A DNA stretch of 64,000 nt from Lytechinus pictus (GCF_037042905.1 NC_087262.1:13516001-13580000), one strand, 5' to 3'. Positions 14,122-28,770 are shown, counted from the stretch's first letter. The notes: generated by a model not told the origin, from the sequence alone. Made by a program: numbers and translations.

Positions 14122-16234
14122 CAAAAATCAAAAGGGACAGGGGGCGGCAACCGCCACTGACTTTAATTGTTTTCTACATGTTTTAAATAAGAAAAAGAAC
14201 GTAAACATAATTATGTTCGCGTTTTTAATGGGACTAGATAATTAAATGCACACCCCAAAACAGAACAGAACATGACTCATTGATAATGCTGCAGTTTTTT
14301 TCTCATAAAAAGGTTCAATTATCTATGTGCACATATGTCATGTCCATTGGCCTCTAAACCCCGCTTTCCCTACTAATAATACGTGTTGCTCGATTATCGT
14401 TCCAACTTGTCCTCAAAACCAACAACACTCGTCAAAACAATATGATCCGCAGCCCGTGTAATATCCTAAATGCATTACTATATTAATTAACCCGACCACC
14501 GCATGACCGCTTATAGGCAGCAGTTATTCATGACAACGTCCACGCATTATGGCAGCAAAAAAAATAAGTTCATTACCCAAACGCAAGCGTGCACTGGCAA
14601 ATTTTGTATTCGAACTGCGGAACACGTCGGCGACTGTGGCACTGGTTGTTTTATGCGCGGATAGAGAATGCATGCACAATTTATTAGGCACATATAGACA
14701 GGATAATGAGCCGTGGTAGGAAAACCGAAATAAGTGATCTCTCCGGAGGCGGTGAGAGGGGGAACTTCAAATTGGATGCTTGCTAACATCCTACAGGTTC
14801 TTACATTATTCCCTTCAATGTTTGGGATAATACGTTTCCATGGTTCAGTTTTATAATTTCTCACAAAATGTTGCTCAGTATGCCGCTGGATAATGTTATG
14901 AATCGAGACCTTTGGGTGATGTTATATTAAAAAAATACAATAATAGTAATGTAAGTTAGATGTAAAAACTAAAAATGGGTTATAAGGGGTGGTGCAAGAA
15001 ACATACATAGACGTAGCCATAGTAAGCAGCTGCGAGTAAAGGATTACTTGTAAGGGTTACGATTGTAACAGAGTCATGGAATTTATTTTTATTTTTGTTA
15101 TTATTTATTAATTTTCATTCAATTGCAGGATACAGGCAACGGCCCCCTCTTTTGAACAACTTATTTCAACAAATCCTTGTCTTAATTTCATGTAAACAAA
15201 ATGTATACACAACTTTTAACCAACCCTGGGCAACAATCTGCTCACACAACTATTGGTTAAAATCTGCCCATATTGGGTAATAAAAATTAATAATTGGGTA
15301 ATAAATTTGCTCAATTGGATAGTAATTGCCCATGATATATATTTTTACCAACATACGTTACCCAACACAGTAGACAGTATATTGCCCAACATTTTAAGTG
15401 TGTGTCGTGTTGGTTTAACAATAGCCTAGACACCAGACCTTAAAATAAACACTCCCTGGCCTATGATTAAGTTCATATCTACCTTAGATTGCCATTGAAG
15501 TACCTAAAAAAGTAATTCATTTACATCATTTTTCTCTATCTTTATCTCATTTTCTTTTCCAACTGTCATTTTTATTTTCCTTAATATAATTTTAAATAAT
15601 TTATGCCCAAGTTGTCATTTTTTTATAGAAAGAGGAGGATGTCAATTTATTACGTCATTATACTATGTCCATTTTCCCTTTTGTATGTATTTCTTTCTTG
15701 GGTTTGTAATGATAGATACAACAGGGAAAGACTTTGGTGATGATGATATTCACTAGAGGCGTAATAAATTACTAATGAATGAATGTCGATTGTCTAAGAA
15801 TAATATCTCAGATACAATCTTGTTCTATACGATAGGTTTCCAGGCTCCGTGTGGTCATTGGAGGCCAAACCTGGCCTGGGCATGAAGTATTAAAACCATC
15901 CTACGCAAACAAACGCCCTCGTGTTTTTCTCCATCAATATGTTTCCCTCGTTTTTCATGTCACATTGAATAGAGTTTCTTATTAGTTGTTTCGCGAGTCT
16001 CTTTTACGATTATCCAGTGTTATGATGGCCGAACAGTTACGAAAAAGAAATAGATATATACGTTTGCAACACTCGATATAATTTATTTTTATTTACCAGT
16101 TGATTAAGAGTAATGCACATGTACCATAGCAAGTTTAACTTTAAACTTCTCGTAGGAGCTCTCCTAAAATTATAGGAATGAAATATGTTAATTGGGAAGA
16201 GTAAATTTGTTCAACTCGTATATCATGCAGACGA

Positions 16235-16501
16235 GAGCCGGAAGGCTCGATCGCTGATTGGCCGCTCTTCTTGCGGCTCTAATTAATACAACCAATCAGC
16301 GCCCGCGTACTGGAGCACATTCTCACTAATTACAATTACCGTGTCTCCGGAGAATCACAAGCTCTGATTGGTCAGTCTGAGTAGATTCGATGACTTGCCT
16401 CAAAGGGAGGCAGTCGATCGTGCTTGCTGTGAAGTGAAAATTCATTTTGGCGCTTACCTGGTTCTTGGATAACACTGAAATTTGTTTCTTGGATACCAAT
16501 C
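16235..16501 (+). promoter_or_regulatory. Putative proximal promoter and 5' UTR of the SYT15-like gene
   Basis: CpG-enriched patch with ETS-type CCGGAAG (~16238), three NF-Y-type boxes (ATTGG 16257-16261, CCAAT 16292-16296, ATTGG 16367-16371), TAATTA motifs and an Inr-like GCAGTC near 16410; no TATA box seen. Confidence 0.6.
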
Positions 16502-16526
16502 ATGCCGATGATCGTCAGAGCACTCG
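16502..16526 (+). CDS. SYT15: Synaptotagmin-15-like gene, putative coding exon 1 (MPMIVRAL + 1 nt)
   Basis: ATG in aatcATG context downstream of a CCAAT cluster; donor G|GTAAGC at 16527; ends in phase 1, as exon 2 requires (G+TC = Val). The link across the 31.5-kb intron is inferred. Confidence 0.65.
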
Positions 16527-16542
16527 GTAAGCTCAAATTACC

Positions 16543-16551
16543 ATTATATTA

Positions 16552-16585
<34 letters not shown>

Positions 16586-16597
16586 CATCATCATTAT
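16543..16597. repeat. (ATT)n/(ATC)n microsatellite at the start of intron 1
   Basis: Direct reading. Confidence 0.9.
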
Positions 16598-18289
16598 GTA
16601 CTGCACTTTGTATTTTTCGAAATCCGTCTGTGAAACCTCATATCGAAGAAAATGTTATCATTATATTTCTATTTTTTTAATATTCCTAGTGAAAGTTAAC
16701 ATTGAATGTAAGACCATACCGTTCATATAACTCTATAAATTAGAATAAAAGTGATGAAATTCAATGCATTTATTTTGAAAAATGAGTAATTTTTTAATTA
16801 TATTGTTGATTATGATAACATCTATTCAACAATAGTTTGCAAGTCATGCATCGAATACGCAGACTGACAATTACGAACTTGATATTCAAAGAAACATAGC
16901 AACATGCTGAACTTTGGATCTGACTTGGAATATTGACATATTACTTTCATTATGTGTATTTGAATTTTTGACACAATTTAAAAGCAATACTCGATCAGGA
17001 AGTGTTGGTGTTAAACTTCAATGATATAGATGGATAATTTCCATCAGCAGGGATTCATATTCTGTTGCAGCCACTGAACTGTGGTAAAAGGGGGAATTGA
17101 CAGGGACTAAGTCATTGTCAATCAATCTGTGTATAATTATGGTTATATTAAAAAAATTGTAATAATACCGTCAGTTTATTGATATCGGGGTAAGTAGGTG
17201 AAGTAAATACAATGGTACTGTGAATGCATCTCTTATCTTCACTTGGGATGTTTGTGATCAATAGTAGCTATCATTTTAGCAGTTCTAGTTAGCTTATATT
17301 TGTAGCTTACTTTATCGATATTGATAAGATACTATAAGAAAAAAATGTGCAAAAGCTTTGTTGCAATGTACATGTACCATAACATTGTAGTAAATATCTA
17401 TAGCTATGTATTTGACTTAGGCGATATGGCGCCGGAATATACTTTACAGATCATCTATCTTTTGATATCATCGTGATTATTTGATGGCCTAAATTTCAAC
17501 CCATTCTGTTCATATTAAATGGTAAACTTTTATGATTTTAGAAATTGATTATTTATAGAGAGAAATTAGGGCGTTTCTGAACATCAAATTCAGTTCTTTG
17601 CTGATTTATTTTAACAAGTTCAAACTTCTATTCTCCTGATAGTATTGTGATGACTAGTTCGCGAAAACAATATCGAACATTTTCTTTTTCAGTTGGCTAT
17701 CCGGTAAAGCCTATGATATTGTTACACTTGATTATATACTCCTAAATTGAATCTGGATCAAGTACAAGCTGTTTTTAGAAACAAGTTCTCTTGATGTGAA
17801 ATGTATGTGGAGCCTAATATATTGATAATCATTCGTATAACGCCATCGTCCTTCAGTGTGTCTTTTCTAACGTTCTCACCGAAGCAATAGTGAAGGCTTG
17901 AAGCTTACTTTTATACCATTAGTATTCACGATGCACTTGCATCATTGATGTACCTGACTAAATTCTGTTGCAATTATTTTCGTTCGATACTGCACATCTT
18001 TTGTCATCATTCTTTTTCCGTCGGCATTAATCGTTTCTGTCTCATTGCTCTCTCGTTTACTCCCTCAATATACCATTCGCCTTATAGGCATGCACACATA
18101 CACAATTTGGCTACCTATATAGCTGTCATTTTACCTTTCTTTCTTACCCCTCCCCGGCCTCTAATTTATTTATGTTTTTTTATCTATCCCACTTCCTCTT
18201 TCTGTCCATCTCCCTTCTCCCCTCTTTCTGTATGTCTGTCTGCACCTCTCTCTCTCTCTATTAACATTGATTAGATATCTATAAATATA

Positions 18290-18501
18290 TACATTCTCAA
18301 AATAATTTACCAAATACTGGGTAAAATGGGAACATACATGGTTGATGGGTAAAATGATACCAAATACTCTGTAAATTTAACGCAATGTTGTATACCCTTA
18401 AAACATGCAATTTGCCAAATGTGGGGGGAGTGTACAAAGCAAAGATGTATGTTCCCTTTCCACCCAATATTGGGTTGTTTACTCAATGTTTTTAGAGCGT
18501 A
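18290..18501. mobile_element. Diverged copy of the CCCAATATTGGG MITE family
   Basis: Shares TGGGTAAAATGGGAACAT, TGTTCCCTTTC, CCCAATATTGGG and the TTTTTAGAGCGTA end with 58037-58230; looser relatives at ~15205-15402 and 42864-43080. Confidence 0.7.
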
Positions 18502-18512
18502 TATATTTATTC

Positions 18513-18550
<38 letters not shown>

Positions 18551-18566
18551 ATATCTATCTATCTAT
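18513..18566. repeat. (ATCT)n microsatellite
   Basis: Direct reading. Confidence 0.92.
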
Positions 18567-21500
18567 ATATTTCTCTCTACCCGGCCTCTTATTTATGTTT
18601 TGCTTTCTCTCTACCCTTCTACGTATCTTTAAGTATGCCTGCCCGTCTCACCATCCCCCTGCTGTCTGTCTGTATGTCTGCACCTCTCTATTTCTTCCTT
18701 TTTTCTCTCTCTCTATGTATCTAGTATATCTATATATATCACATATAATAGATACACACATGTACTTCTCTCTGCCCTTTGTAACTCGTCGTAAATATAT
18801 GTAACAATATTTACATCAAAACCAAAGACATCTCTCTTTATAATATACGTTCTATTTCGTTCATCTATTCGCCATGCTCGCCCTCAACTAGCTGCACAGC
18901 TCTTTCTGCCCGCCATTAAATTTTCATACCGCGTACTTTCTAGCATTTCTTCTCCCTTTCAGCAGTTTCCATATTCTGGAACTAGCTCTTTGTTGCATCA
19001 CCTCCTTCCGCTTCGATTCACCTTCTTTCTTTCACCCGCAATACACCTTGAGTTATAACCGTATGTCTCGCGTTCAAATCGATGCAGACGATGCAGGTAT
19101 TGTACTACCCCAATAGGTCATGCGAGCTCAGAGGGCATTTGAAAATATAGTGCACTTCATTTGTTAAATTCCTACCGAAAATGCACATCAACAACGCTTT
19201 GGCTTCTTTCAGCTCATCTCACCTATACATGTATGTTGATTTTGGAAATGTTATGTAGACATGTATGTGATTGTGTGTCAAGCTCATCTTCTCTTTCTAT
19301 TCATTCGTCTGCTCAATTCAGCAGCCCATCCCAATACTTCACCCATGCATGCCACCACTGTGTGTTCGTTAGTTTTTTGCCGGAAAAAAAACTGCGATTT
19401 AATTTCTTAAACTGTAAAGAGTGCTAATAGAGCCTCATCACCCAAGATGGCAAGCGTTGCAAAACACACGAGCTTCAACAAATTGCTCAGTCAAGTTGTT
19501 CCTTCTCGCACTGACTTTTTTAATACATATACCGGTACATCTTGCTATTACGATGTCAAACCCCCAAAGCGTACCTCATTATTCGCGTATACTTCCTTCC
19601 CAATTTTTTTACGCTTCTTCTTTAATATATAAAATATATAATATATAAAAACTATTTTTCGCCCACTCTCTACCTCATCATACATCATGCTTATCTTCGT
19701 CAACTCCATATATCTCCCTCTTCTCCCCTCTTTTTCGCTCTTTCTCCCCGTCTTTTATACATTTCTTTTAATAATTCATGTCATCCCTCATCTTCCTTCT
19801 AAAATGCGGCTTCATCATTTTTTTCTCTATATCATGTCCCCACTCAACTCCTTTATCTCAACATCAATGCACCGAAGACACTGAGCTCGCTCGCTCGCTG
19901 ACCTTCGCTTTCCAAGCATAAACCCCTCAACATCGGAAGCTACACTGGGGACAAACGCATATAAAGCCCCCCTTTTCTTCACATCCTGATAGAAATTATA
20001 ACCAATCTAAATGGGCAGTGGGACTCATTTTCACTTTCCCCTCCGACTATTGATCACTGCCACCATCTCCAGAATACGATCGATCCAAAAGGACTTGATC
20101 CGTGAAGGAGAAATGAACTTGGAATAAAATCGATGCGAGAAGAGTAATGACGGAGAGGTGTCGATGATATTCAAAATGGATGCCGTGGACATTTTCCAGC
20201 GCTTTGTCGCTGGAAAGAAAATGCGAGGGTATAGCATCGGAAAGGGGAAAATCGATGAAAGAGACTAGACTAACACATACTTTTAATATATTTCATGAGT
20301 ATTTCAATATTGAAGAGAATAAAGAGTTTCACTCTTTATTCATAATGTATAATGTGATAGGGTGACAGTGAGATACAGAAAATTAAGTATCATTTTCAGA
20401 AGACAGAAGCTAAATTATTTAACATGCATTACCGTTGAACGCACATCGTACATGAAAAATAAACGGTTGAGTGAGCATTAAGTGGTTGCTTGATATGAAA
20501 ATGATGATAAGTAAATGTAAACGATAAAGAATTCCGGTAAATCTATTCGACTTTTAATGTATGATCTGAATGGTCGTACAATTTGCTTCTATCATTAGAC
20601 ATTTTTTAAAGCCATTATTATGTTTAAAAAAATTACATCAAGTAATTGGTGTAATATACACAACTCGTTGTTTTTTATGTTACACAAAAAGTAATCATCA
20701 TCTATCTTCAGCTAAAATGTGTATGAAACAACAATGATATTCCAGGCACTTCAAACGCAACACGTAAGAAAATGTGCCTTAAGATGACCAAATGGAGTTG
20801 AAATTAGGCTGCGTGGAAAAGACATGAATTATTTAGAATTTCCACTCGAGTGCAAAAGGTAATTATTGTGGAACGCCCACTCCGAATGAGTTTTGGGTAG
20901 AGCAAGCCACATAATGTTATGAAAGTATGCATATTATCATAAAATTTGTATTGAAATGAAAAGAAAATGAATGATGTATCGATAGTGATCAATAAATAAA
21001 TACATATATTTGAGGTTCATATTTGAAAGGCATCAGCTATGATTCCCCATAACGTCCGGACACTTTTTTGATAAGTCCACACCTGTTATATTTTATTTTA
21101 CTTTAGATTTGAGACAAATATGAGGCATCGTGTAAACAAACAGCAAAATGATTTAATATTGATAAGATGGCCAATGTCATGAATCAATATGACAGATTGG
21201 AATATTGGCTTAAATCGCTTTAAAAATCAAGTTGCATGTACTATTGACACTATTAAGCCATCGTATATAATATCAATTTAGATTTATGGAAGAGTTGTAT
21301 ACTCTTCTGTAGCACGTCAAATTCAATTCACTTTCACAAAAGTATCAAACCTCCAGTAGATTATTAAATATATAGGGCAAATCAATAAAGGGTAATAGTA
21401 TAAATATCGGGACGTGCCTCCCAGGGGAGAAGGGCGAATGTTTTATCGATGGTACATTATCAAAGGTAAACACATTACCTCATACAGAATGTTTATCCAT

Positions 21501-23074
21501 CGCTTCTTCTGACGTGTTTTCTTGTCATCAGTCGAGCCCAGGTAAAGTGCTACTGCAGACATATACTAATGGAGAAAAGGGATGACTTCTTGATTGCAAT
21601 GTCATTGATTACACGACGAAAACACGATATCCTTGAGCCACAGTCAATACAGGATTTGTAGGTTTACTCCTTGCTTGCAACATAGCTTGTTGATTTGATA
21701 TGAAATAAAAAACACACATTTTACTTTCATTATGGTTAACGATTCGAATATTCATTGCACAAAATTGTCATGAAAATGGAATCTATTGATAGATGACACT
21801 GGGAAATGTAAGCACTTTGAAAAAAAAGTGGGGAAAATAGGTTTCTGTTGCTGCTCTTGTTTTGATCTATAGGTTCATGTAATATTGGTTTTTTCTATAA
21901 TTATGTTTTTTATTCTTCAAATTTCCTGTATTCGACTAAAAGGTGGCAGCGGTGGGATGATTAGATTCTCTGCTCACACTGAGAATAACACAGTCTCATT
22001 GACCAAACTGATTGCACACAATCAACATTTATCACGCTATTTCCAATGAAATACTATCGGTCTATTTGGAATCGGTATCATTGGTGTGACTGTACTCTAA
22101 GCAATGGTTACAATGAAGGGGTGAAAGAGAGTAATCCATGTATAATGACATGTATCTCAACGGTTTGACTAGAACGGAAGTCAACGCTAACCAGTAAGGT
22201 TGTCAGACCCTTTGATAAAGGGCACCTCAAGAATCAATTTGTCATATTGGTCATAGACAGGATGCATCCTACTTGAATTGGAAAATGCTTGAATTCTCAT
22301 GAACTTTCCTTAATGTCCGTATCCTTTGAAAAAATGTCTGCCATCAGTATTTCGTTTATCAAATCAGAAGTTCACACATTTTCAATTAACCCAATCCGAG
22401 AATGTTCTTTTTTTATATAGAATGAAAAGAATAAATTAGGCAAAACAATACTAGTCATTCTGTAATTCATTTTCTATTCAAATTTATTATGCAAATACCT
22501 CTTGAGGTTTATCCACATCCATAGGATCATATTCTCTACGGGGTGTCGCTACTAAGCTTCAAATACGGGTGTTTATCCTCACCATATCATTCCATCTTGT
22601 AAATTTTATCAATATCTTTGACAAAGTCTTACAGGGTTTGTTGGTGCGTGTAACAACATTTTTTTTTCTTCCTGTAAAGAATTTCACTTCCATCAGATTT
22701 CTAAAAAAAAATAATGTTAGATGCATATAAATGGTGTGGAATATGCAGTCTATAATTAACGATCACTTTCAACGAATGCCTCTTTGTATGTATATAAACC
22801 TGAGAGAACAAAATCTTTTGAAGGTATATAGGAAAAAGCTGAACAACACACTTGGGCTCCTAGAGTTCTACTCGTCCCACAAAAAAACTAATTTACGTAA
22901 GTTAAGAAAGTATGCGATTGTCACCTTCGGTGCTCGAAGGCAATGGCATTTTCAAGACGTTGCTCTGGAATTAGATAAAGCATCCCCTTTAGAGTTTGTT
23001 GAGCGTCAAAGGCATCTTGCTCTTTAAGTGTATTTTGCTTCCGTTCAATCCGGACCTGTGCAGGTATCTTATAA

Positions 23075-23184
23075 GGCTATAGTCACACCAACGAAACCGA
23101 CCCAGACCAATTGATGGTATGCCATTGAAAATAACGTAGAAGATTAATCAGTCTGGAGTCGCTTTAGCCATTGTGACTATTGCA
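23075..23184. mobile_element. AGTCACACC MITE family copy
   Basis: TAA-GGCTATAGTCACACCAACGAAACCGACCC...TGTGACTATTGCA-TTA. Confidence 0.65.
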
Positions 23185-26100
23185 TTATGCTGATTTCAAA
23201 CGAAAGTCACTTTCACCACTGATGTTGTTGTTTTCATTCCCTCGCTCAGTTCACATGGTTGTAAACTTCCCAAAGGTAATCACAAATCACTGCCTTTTAT
23301 ATCCAATTTCCAGTGCGAAAGATCTGAAATTGAAAAAAAAAATTTATTCAGTGTGTAATTATGTGTGTGTGATTTCGTGTGCGCTAAGACGAAGTCGTTA
23401 TTTTTCCTCGAATGATTTCCCGCAAAGAATGTTGTTCTTCTCCATGCGCATACCCTATTAAAGTATTCAATGGAAAAGACTATTATAACAATAATATTCA
23501 TTGCAGAAAACACGATTCTGTAGATAGTACTATGGTAACAGTTTAATACAAAACTCTTTTTTTCGTCTGCAGGGAATAGACTTAATCATCATTGCTTGTA
23601 ATTAGAAACACGGGTGAATTTGATAGACGATCAATGCAGCCTCCTCTCCATGCTTCTGCAGTGACAATTTGTTTTGCATTCAGCGTTGCATTGTAATGAT
23701 CCAATAGACACAGTATATCTACAATTATGCAGGATAGAATTGCAATTACCAATTAGCTGCATATATAATGTATATACAATGCTACCTTCCCTGTTCCATT
23801 TGAAAACGAAGCCAATGGGATATTGGTCTAAGTGATCACTGGCATGTGCGGTAATTGCTATATGCTCTTTTAACTGGTTGACAATAGTATCCTCTTGGTT
23901 TTGTTGGTACCTTTCACTCCTTCCCCAGGGTCCCAGTAGTCGGTGTTAAAACTGACACCAATTGGTGTCCGAAGACAACCACTTGAGGTGTTACACCCTA
24001 AACTTTGAACATAACAATAATGTGTGTTCGAAAACACCATTTAATTTAACACCGGATCAAAATGACTGGAGTGGCCCTCTTATACCGGCTTACACCGCAG
24101 TTGTTGTTGTTGTGTATCGATCATCTTGGTTTCCTTGATATATTTCGGTTGTTCCCAGTATAGACTGAATTTTATATATGAATTATTGGCAAATGTTGTC
24201 GTGAAATGAATTTGGAAGGAGGACAAAACTGACGAACGTGATTTAGAATGGACAAGTGGAAAAGGTGAGAATAGTTCCGGAACAATTCTTAAATGTATTT
24301 CAGATTCGACGCTGACTTCCTTGACATCTGCAATTGATTTGAAGCTTACTGATCGTTGCCTCCGTCAAGGGTACCGTTCTTCCAGGTAATCTGTTTGAAC
24401 AAGTCAAAATAGGCCTACTCTCAGTCACGTCGTGTTAACCTAAACGTCACACAGGCCATTCCCGCGTCATGGTGATGACTGACTTTTTTAATCTTAACTG
24501 AAATCTGCTTCCTCCAATATGGTCACTGATGGCGGTGGCGCCTATACCGATCTTAAACATGGTTCTCGTTCGCGTGTCAAGTACAAGGAAAGACTGGCGC
24601 CGTCTACAGCGAACTAGGTTTCAAGTTTCCGTTTCTCGTTAAGGTCGAGTATCCGGCATGCATCATTCAACATCGTTCTCGCGTCGTGATAGAACTTCTT
24701 CCGACTGGGCCATCCTCTCGAACTATGCAAACACCGTGTTTGTTTAACGTGCATGTAACACAATTAAAGGATACTATGAAATTCCAAAAAGGAACAAGCT
24801 TTAGCTTTCGACATATTTACTTTAATGTGTGCCAAAGTGTGCCTTATATCATTCTTCTTTTTTATTTTCAAACATCATATCTTTTTCCAGGCTTTACCCG
24901 TTCAACACCGGTTGATTATGCTATTTCCCAGAGACACAGCATATGTGGGCCTGCCTCGGGTTTAATGATTCAATGGAATAAAATGTTTGTAATTTTTAAT
25001 TATTCTAATCTATGCTTCTACTAATACACATACCATTTGCAAACATGGTCATGTGTATGGTTTCATTAATATAATGACAGACGGGTAGAACACAGAAAAG
25101 AATAATGATAAAATGGTCCCATGACATTTGTCCGGCGACAATAGTTCCCAAATAAACCCTAATCCTAATCTATACTTTCTCCTGAACCAAAACTTCCACT
25201 ACAATCCTAACTCCAACCCTATGCCTTCTGAGATATTAAGACCAGAACAAATGTCGCAGGACTGTATGTCATGTCAATAAAATAAAATAAAATAAACAAT
25301 GGTTCAAGACATAAGTTGATGTTGTATGATTATTACGTGCAATTCTGAATGATCTGATTTTTGCCAAGGTTATTCGTTCATCGTTACTTATTTGAAAATT
25401 CAATTCAGCCGACGTGAAAAGCTATCATTACCATGATACCAATTTAGAACTCGTTGGATTATAAAGCATTTTAATGCAGTCGAGACTGAAAATTTCCCTG
25501 AAAAGGAGCCCCAACTTAATCAGAATAAAATCCTGGACTCCCGCTTCCCGCCAATCCGTGATAACTGCCGATCGGATGTTAACAATTAGACCAGAGAACA
25601 GATTCATCTTCTCCTACTAGGTTTAATTATTTGTTCGGATACATTTCAATTTGTTTATTTGGCGAAATGACTACGTTCCCCGTTATCTGATTCAAATATA
25701 GTATCTCTAACATTTCCTTATCATGTTAATCACATTGATTAACATGATGATTATCCCTATAGGTTTATTCATTAACTTCTATATACTTCTTCACTTTCAT
25801 CTGATACCCTGTATTACATCCCAAACTTTTTTTCTTCATAATTTAATCAACATTATCATTCATTTCTTTCCCTTTCTTCCCTATTTCTCTCTCTTTCTAG
25901 CTCTCTCTTTGTCTGTTTCCCCTTTCTCTGAAATCATCTTACTGACTCTCCCTATTTCCTTTTATCTCTCTTTTGCTATTTCTTACATGTACATGACGTA
26001 GTGTTATGATTCCCTTTCTCCCTCTGTCCCTTCCTCTCTCCATCTCTCGGTTTCTATCAATTTGTATCATTCTCTCTTTCAGTTGCCTTTTCCGTCTCTT

Positions 26101-27329
26101 TTACTAGGCCGATACATCTCAATTTATCTAGATCTCTTTATATCCCCCTCTCCCTCTCTCTCTCTATCCTATTCTCTTTCATTCTCTTTATTTTTTGCTT
26201 ACCTACTCATTCTCCTTAAAATCTACCATCATCCTTCCTTATCTACTCCATCGTTTTAACATTCACAAACTCGTATGACACAACTCCCTCCTCACTATTA
26301 TTCTAGCTGCCTTTCCGTAAAAAAATAAAGTTCCATTTTCATTTCTCAATCGAACCCATTGCAATTCTTGCATAGCACAATTTACTCAATGGCTGTAGGC
26401 TTTCGTCTGGATATTGGCCCAATCCGGCAACATCTCTGTAAACAAGCACCGAATTGCTCGCTTTCAGCGAAGCACATAAATCCTGCTTTGCTTTTCCTAG
26501 AAAACTGCATATTTTACTCGAGGTCGGCCTCCAAGAGTGGAATAATATGAAGAGTAAATCGTTTTTCTTTTTGCCTCTAGCATTTTTGATGTTTGCTCAT
26601 TCAGACATCTTAACCAATGACATCATTCCGTTTATCCTACGGCTCCTTCTCCTAGAGACTCCCTTGCCCAGTCCCGACTATCTCGCCTTGCTTGATTATC
26701 ATCATGTTTAAGCCATGTTCCCCCCTCGGGTATGGTGAGGTCATGGCTGCAATTGCAGTGAATTAGGGAGTACTTGGCGTCCGAATTATTTCATCCCTTA
26801 GCTTCAATGACGGCAGGTCCCCTCCGCCCTCTTGCCGTGCCCCACGATCTGATCCGTGAGTAATAATATATTATAATGTTCAATGCCCAGTGCTCGGGCT
26901 TACCATATGGACGACTGTTGTCACGCAGGATGTATCGATGCTAAATGCTGCATATAGTACCTAATTTCTACCCCTTTCCCCAGAAGTTTAATATGTTTTA
27001 ATTGGATAAATGATTTTCTTTGTTATAGTCAGATGATCCGTTTAATAGCAAACAGTTATCAGCTTCATTACCATTAAAGCCACTATGGATCTTCCGTAAA
27101 AGGTTAAAATATGTTAATCAAAGTAATAGAGTTGTCTATTACTGCAGTCTTTCAAAAGCTTAGGGATCATTAAACTACTTTTCGTCGGTTCATTTTTGTT
27201 AGGAAATGTTTTTTCTTTATATTTTTCTAGTTTATCATCCCCCTTCTGTATCTTTCTTTTGTCTTTAAAGATTTCACAATGCTTTTGTTCTTTTAAGTGT
27301 TTGGTTGGAGCATAATATTATGATTATGC

Positions 27330-27905
27330 TGTAACGAACGTAGGTCAATTATTAAAAAAAAAAATTCATATCTCAAGTAGATAGCAAGTTCATTTAACCA
27401 CCTACCATCTTCCTCCCCCTGTCTATATCTCCATTTTTTTCTGTATCTCTGATTTTCTACACATTTTTTTTCATTCCTTTGAATTGAGCCATACGCCTGT
27501 TTGCTGTCACGGATAACACATTATTTATTTCCAACTCTATTTATATCTTCTGTAGATAGCAAGCCTAAGTAACCACCCTCATTTCTTCTCTTTTCATCTG
27601 TTCTAGATTATGCTTCTTAGTTTTCAATTGTTTCAAATGCTTCTTCCATGTCCCGAAAAGCATGATATTTATTGTCAAATATTTATTATGTTTCCTGTAG
27701 ATAACTTATCAAGTTAACACCCCTCCCTCTCTCTCTCTGTGCCTCTCTCTATACATCCCCCTCTCTATTTTATCTTCCCACCTCTCCCTCCCTCTCTATC
27801 TTACCATCTTTCTCACTCTTCCATCTGCATTTCACTTCTCTGCTTTCACGAATAACACGTCTAATATTTCCAAGTATATTCATATCTTCGTAAGATAGCA
27901 GATCA
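27330..27905. repeat. Old degenerate tandem repeat, about 150-190 bp unit, about 4 copies
   Basis: Recurring TAT.T....AGATA(G/A)C at ~27370, 27543, 27688 and 27882, the first three followed by TAAC(C)ACC and a pyrimidine tract. Confidence 0.55.
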
Positions 27906-28483
27906 TGATTTCAACGGTTCCATTGATCAAAACTTATATATCTTTATCTCTTTCATAGAATATGCATTAGTCATATTTATTTAATATTTCCAACCCAAAT
28001 AAATCAATAATTGGAATGTTAACACCGCTCGACCGATGCATATAAACGGAATGCAATGTCTCTTTTATAGACTGTAGTAACACCTCATATACTTTTTTCG
28101 CTAACTGTGGAAAGGGGAATAACCTCAATTTTTTTAATTTGCAGTATTCGGAGATTACAATAATGCAAATTCACCAAAATTCTGATTTCTTGGAACTGAA
28201 ATGTTAAGTAGAATCAACATTAATAAGAAAATAAATGACGTGCTTTCCGTGACAGAAAAGAGGAATATGGGTCAGCTATTGGCATTTGAAGGAACGAGGA
28301 GCAGAGTGGTCGACTTCGAAACATGAGCCGCATTTATTTTGGGGAGTAAATGCATTCAGATTCTTAAACACTGCATGCTGATAGGTTTGGCGCCTGTCAT
28401 CTTACATCGAATTATTTGCATAACGTCGCCTTTGGTGTTTAACATGAAATACTACATGCGTTTATCTTCGTAGGAGGGAGTTC

Positions 28484-28770
28484 AAGGTCCCATCTTATAA
28501 AGAGTTGTGATTGATCCGATCAACCGCAACTATGGAAAGCCAGCAATGTCAACATCTAAAGTGCATAATTGTTCAAAATACTTTCTAGATAAAAAAAAAA
28601 ATTATAAGGTTTATTAATACATTCATCGTATTCTTGAAAACTAAGTGGACTTCTCTTTGCTTTCAAAGGTAATCATGAAAATGTCCTGAATCAAAACTAA
28701 GACATTGATGGATTTCCATATCCTTGAGGTTGATTGGATTAATCATAACCCTTTGTAAGACGGGCCCCTG
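28484..28770 (+). mobile_element. GGGCCCGTCTTACAAAG MITE (Harbinger-like), copy 1
   Basis: Imperfect TIRs GGTCCCATCTTATAAAGAG / CTTTGTAAGACGGGCCC; reverse-complement match to 57290-57566. Confidence 0.75.

Noticed and set aside
27330-27905. CRISPR-like repeat-spacer array
   Set aside because: Eukaryotic context, highly degenerate repeats, low-complexity spacers, no cas genes.
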